DNA of 56,543 nucleotides, taken from IMG/VR virus record IMGVR_UViG_3300038393_000879, one strand, 5' to 3'. The notes beneath the pieces were generated by a model. That model was not told the origin of the DNA. It saw only the letters and a program-made list of their open reading frames with translations, and ran no database searches. Below are positions 53,126 through 56,543 of the stretch, piece after piece. Each line of letters opens with the position of its first letter. Position 1 is the stretch's first letter. Both the position numbers and the translations under genes were made by a program. Origin of the DNA: a virus.

Positions 53126-54439
53126 ATGGCTTATGCTGTTCAGTTTAACGGTTCAAACTCTCGAGGATACGCAACGAACCCACCTTTATTAAAATTAACA
53201 ACTTCGTTTGATATTGAAATCACTTTCGCAATCGGAAACAGAGCACAGTCAACGGCTTATCTACTCAACAAAGGAAATATGTACGCTGTTATTTATGGTT
53301 CTGTTGCCAATACGATTGAGTTTTATAAATCATCGGACACAGCTGGATTTCGTGCGCACAGTGCGATTTTGATACCGGATACGAAAAAGCATACAGTACG
53401 ATACACCTACGATGGAGCTAATTTTAACTCGTATTTAGATGGGGTTCTTGTAAATACTTATGCTTACGCTAATTATACAATGGCTACTTCGACAGCAGAC
53501 CTATCTATTGCAAGCTCCGGTAGCGCAAACTATTTCAATGGAACGCTGTATCATTTAAAGATTGGTAACAGTACCACCACTTTAGCCGAGTATAACTTCT
53601 CGGAAGGTACGGGAACAACTGACGCCGATGTTTCTGGGAACGGTTATACGTTAAATTTGCTTAACTCTACGTGGGTAGCACTACCGTCCACATACCAAGG
53701 AAGCGCGAGTATGTCCGCTTCTTCTTCGATGGTTGCAAAAGGCGGTTTTCTTAAAAAAGCAGCGGCTTCTTTATCAGCTGTTTCCCATCTACAGACAAGC
53801 GGCTCATTTATTCGAAACGCAATTTCTTCCTTATCTGCAACTAGCTCATTTAACGCTGAAGCAACGAAGCTCATTAGGGTTAATGGTAATGCTGCTTTAT
53901 CATCGGGAACATCGCTTCAGGCGAGCCTAACGAAATTGTTACAGGGATCAGCTTCTCTTACGGCAACCGGAGATATGTTGGCTCAAAGCACTAAACCAAC
54001 GATTAAGCCGCTGGTTTCTGGTTTATCTATTTCTGGCTCACGCCAGTTAACAACTGGTATTTACGCCGTACGCCAGTTAACCACTGTGATAAAAGGAGGG
54101 CTACCGATGTTAGACGGACAAAACTTTAGCGTCATAGCTGGAAACAGTTTATATGTAAAAGCAACGCTTACCGAACAAGACGGAACACCGCTTAACCTGG
54201 ATAATATTACGGATATTAAATGGGGATTTGGCGATCGGCTAACGGGTGTTCGGAAAAACTTAACAGCAGGCATAACGATCGACGACGCTGCGAATGGCGT
54301 TCTTACGATCCACATAAATGCTGATGATACAAAAGATCGTTCGTTAGCGATTAAACATGAACTCGTCGTAACCGACGCACTTGGAAATGTTTCAAGCGTC
54401 TTACGGGGAACGATCACAATTGAAAAGAGCATTATTTGA
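53126..54439 (+). CDS. LamG/concanavalin-like domain protein with S/T-rich linker and C-terminal Ig-like module
   Basis: YLDGVLVNTY…NGTLYHLKIGN; internal strong RBS and ATG at 54107. Confidence 0.55.
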   Translation: MAYAVQFNGSNSRGYATNPPLLKLTTSFDIEITFAIGNRAQSTAYLLNKGNMYAVIYGSVANTIEFYKSSDTAGFRAHSAILIPDTKKHTVRYTYDGANFNSYLDGVLVNTYAYANYTMATSTADLSIASSGSANYFNGTLYHLKIGNSTTTLAEYNFSEGTGTTDADVSGNGYTLNLLNSTWVALPSTYQGSASMSASSSMVAKGGFLKKAAASLSAVSHLQTSGSFIRNAISSLSATSSFNAEATKLIRVNGNAALSSGTSLQASLTKLLQGSASLTATGDMLAQSTKPTIKPLVSGLSISGSRQLTTGIYAVRQLTTVIKGGLPMLDGQNFSVIAGNSLYVKATLTEQDGTPLNLDNITDIKWGFGDRLTGVRKNLTAGITIDDAANGVLTIHINADDTKDRSLAIKHELVVTDALGNVSSVLRGTITIEKSII

Positions 54440-54478
54440 TAAAACGAGTTTAGCTGTCGGAAAGGAGGTCACAAGACT

Positions 54479-55957
54479 TTGAATTTTAAAGATAGATTGT
54501 TCGCAGCTTTCAACGCATTAAGCGGAAAAGTCCCACAAGGAAAAGCCGAACAAACACCCAACTTTTACAGCTTTGGCTTAAGTGGATACCCGGTTAAAAA
54601 TGTAGAAATCAACGAACACCAGTTGCGTGCTTTCTCCGAAACACCGATTGCTAGACGCGCGATTGACTACATCAGAAACCAAGTTTCAAAACTTGACTGG
54701 GGCATTGAAGCCAAAGGAACAAAAAAATTAACAAAATCGCAACTAAAGCAAATCGAAATCGCAAAGAATGTGTTAGCCAATCCAAACCCTGATGATAACT
54801 TTATGAGTTTTATCGGTCAGTTGATTGAAGATATGTTGGTTATCGGACAAGGAACCTCTGAAATCAAAGAGTGGAAAGGAAACGCTGAACAACCGTTTCT
54901 ATTCTATCCAATGGACGCCGCAACGGTTCAAGTGTATATGGACTGGGACGGGAACCCGGATAATCCGCGATATGCTCAAATTGATATGCATGGTCAAAAA
55001 GTCGATTTTACTCCGAAGGAAATTCTGGTGATGAAACACAACCCACGAACTTCCACACCGTTCGGATTATCGCCGATTGAAGTTTGTATTCAGCAAATTC
55101 AGTATTTCCTCGACGCGCAAGCCTACGCTGGTAAAACAGCCAGTAACGCGACACCGAAGAAGTTATTGTTCCTCGGTCAAGAAATTACCGAACAACAGCT
55201 GAAAGAATTCCGTGCTTACTTTAAGGACGAAATCGAAGGTCGCTCACACATTCCAATCATTGGCGGAAGTGACGATGTAAAGAGTGTCGAGCTAGGTTTA
55301 GCAAATGATCAGGCATTATTCTTACAGTGGCAATCGTTCTTGATTTCGATTATCGCGAATGTTTTTAACCTGGATATTATGAAGTTCAATGCAATCGTTG
55401 GGATCAACCGTTCAACCGGTGATAGCCTCGATGATGTTTCAGACGAAGGTGCAATTCGCCCAATGGCGCACAGCATTGAACATTATATCAATAAAACGCT
55501 ACTTGCGTTACTCGGCGTTAGTGACTTCGCAGAGTTTAAGTTCCGTTTTACCACATCATATTCAGACCGTAAGAGCCTGGCTGTGCTACATCAGATATAC
55601 GCACAGGCGGACATTTTGACCATTAACGAAATGCGTCGTGAACTTGGTAAAGAAGATTTACCATTCAGCGAAGTAATCGGAAAATCAAAAGGCGATCTTA
55701 CATTGTCCGAATATCGTGCTATCTTTGGTGGATTTGTTTCACTTCAGGACGCTATCGGTGTTGACTATGAAACGAAGACCGACGGTACTCAAAAGATCGC
55801 AAAGGATAAGAACCAAACCGACGCGAACTTGAAGAGGCAAGAAATGGAACAAGAACAGCAAATGAGCCCGAAAGATGGTAACAACGGTGTTTATTCAGCG
55901 CCAAAGCCAAAAGAAAAAGCGTTCAACCAACGCAACGATAAATCACTAGACTTATAA
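54479..55957 (+). CDS. Portal protein
   Basis: 492 aa; TTG start after aaaggaggtc; lies upstream of scaffold and capsid. Confidence 0.7.
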   Translation: MNFKDRLFAAFNALSGKVPQGKAEQTPNFYSFGLSGYPVKNVEINEHQLRAFSETPIARRAIDYIRNQVSKLDWGIEAKGTKKLTKSQLKQIEIAKNVLANPNPDDNFMSFIGQLIEDMLVIGQGTSEIKEWKGNAEQPFLFYPMDAATVQVYMDWDGNPDNPRYAQIDMHGQKVDFTPKEILVMKHNPRTSTPFGLSPIEVCIQQIQYFLDAQAYAGKTASNATPKKLLFLGQEITEQQLKEFRAYFKDEIEGRSHIPIIGGSDDVKSVELGLANDQALFLQWQSFLISIIANVFNLDIMKFNAIVGINRSTGDSLDDVSDEGAIRPMAHSIEHYINKTLLALLGVSDFAEFKFRFTTSYSDRKSLAVLHQIYAQADILTINEMRRELGKEDLPFSEVIGKSKGDLTLSEYRAIFGGFVSLQDAIGVDYETKTDGTQKIAKDKNQTDANLKRQEMEQEQQMSPKDGNNGVYSAPKPKEKAFNQRNDKSLDL

Positions 55958-55981
55958 CCTAGCCTGAAGGGAGGTGAGAGA

Positions 55982-56543
55982 GTGCCGAAAGGGAATTCAG
56001 AAACGACTTTACAAATCCATGCAAACAGTTCCAACCTTTTACTTGGCGAACTAGAGCACCCAAACCGCATGCCGTTCAGTGGAATTCTGACCTATTTTGA
56101 TGTTCCCTCTGATAACCCTCCTAACGGGTCAGGTGGTAGGAAAGTGATGATACCTTCTAGCGTTGGTGTCGAAGCACTTGACAGCTTAATAGGAATGGCG
56201 GTTAACTATATCCCATACAGCATGGACGGGCATAACCCTCAAAACAAAATCGGTGTGATCACGAATTCAACTTTGGGCGAACCACTTGAAGATGGCGCCG
56301 TTCCGGTAATTATTAACGGATATATTTATGCACACGATTTTGAAGACGCAGCGGTAGCGATTAAGCTAAACCAAGCAAGTCTAGGGTTTTCGTATGAAAC
56401 TGCCAAAACATTACTTATGGACGGTTTATATGAAGGCGAAGAAATTGCCGTCGTCTCGCAGTTGGGTTATTTCACAGGCGCTAGTATTCTATTAAAAGAC
56501 AGTGCAGCATACACGAGTACAGCTCTAGCAGCTAGTAAAGAAG
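55982..56543 (+). CDS. N-terminal part of the wrap-around scaffold / prohead-protease-like protein (continues at base 128 once the duplicated end is removed)
   Basis: GTG after gggaggtgagaga; its last 127 nt duplicate bases 1-127. Confidence 0.7.
   Translation, partial: MPKGNSETTLQIHANSSNLLLGELEHPNRMPFSGILTYFDVPSDNPPNGSGGRKVMIPSSVGVEALDSLIGMAVNYIPYSMDGHNPQNKIGVITNSTLGEPLEDGAVPVIINGYIYAHDFEDAAVAIKLNQASLGFSYETAKTLLMDGLYEGEEIAVVSQLGYFTGASILLKDSAAYTSTALAASKE

Overview
The window is a complete tailed-phage genome of the siphovirus type. Bases 1-127 are identical to 56417-56543, so the contig closes on itself and the unique length is 56416 bp. GGAGG-type ribosome-binding sites, TTGACA/TATAAT promoters, an XhlA-like lysis gene and a multidomain endolysin point to a Firmicutes (Bacillus-like) host; this is inference. 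There are three blocks. (1) Late genes lie on the + strand from 50579, across the contig junction, to 16388: terS, terL, a LamG-domain gene, portal, scaffold, capsid, head-tail genes, tail tube, a frameshifted tail chaperone, tape measure, tail tip and lysis cassette. (2) DNA-metabolism and replication genes lie on the - strand from 37800 down to 16430: helicase loader, DnaB-like helicase, primase, sigma factor, SSB, PolA, Cas4-like exonuclease, RusA, class II RNR, PhoH, SAM decarboxylase, dUTPase, ThyX and a dNMP kinase. They form six transcription units, each preceded by the same ECF-like motif TGTTAC-N17-CGAA. (3) An early/accessory region at 37846-49616 contains sigma-A-like promoters and many small ORFs. 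The main finding is five type I hammerhead ribozymes on the - strand, at 44545-44620, 45201-45281, 46235-46298, 46775-46847 and 47207-47281. They sit at five consecutive gene junctions of one early operon, have intact catalytic cores, show compensatory changes in all three stems, and each is followed by a downstream copy of stem I. The RNR gene (nrdJ) is also split by a 186-nt ORF-less group I intron. Two repeat-rich non-coding blocks flank the ribozyme operon and are candidate origin or regulatory regions. No tRNA, rRNA or CRISPR array was recognised. All product calls come from motif recognition by eye, not from database searches.
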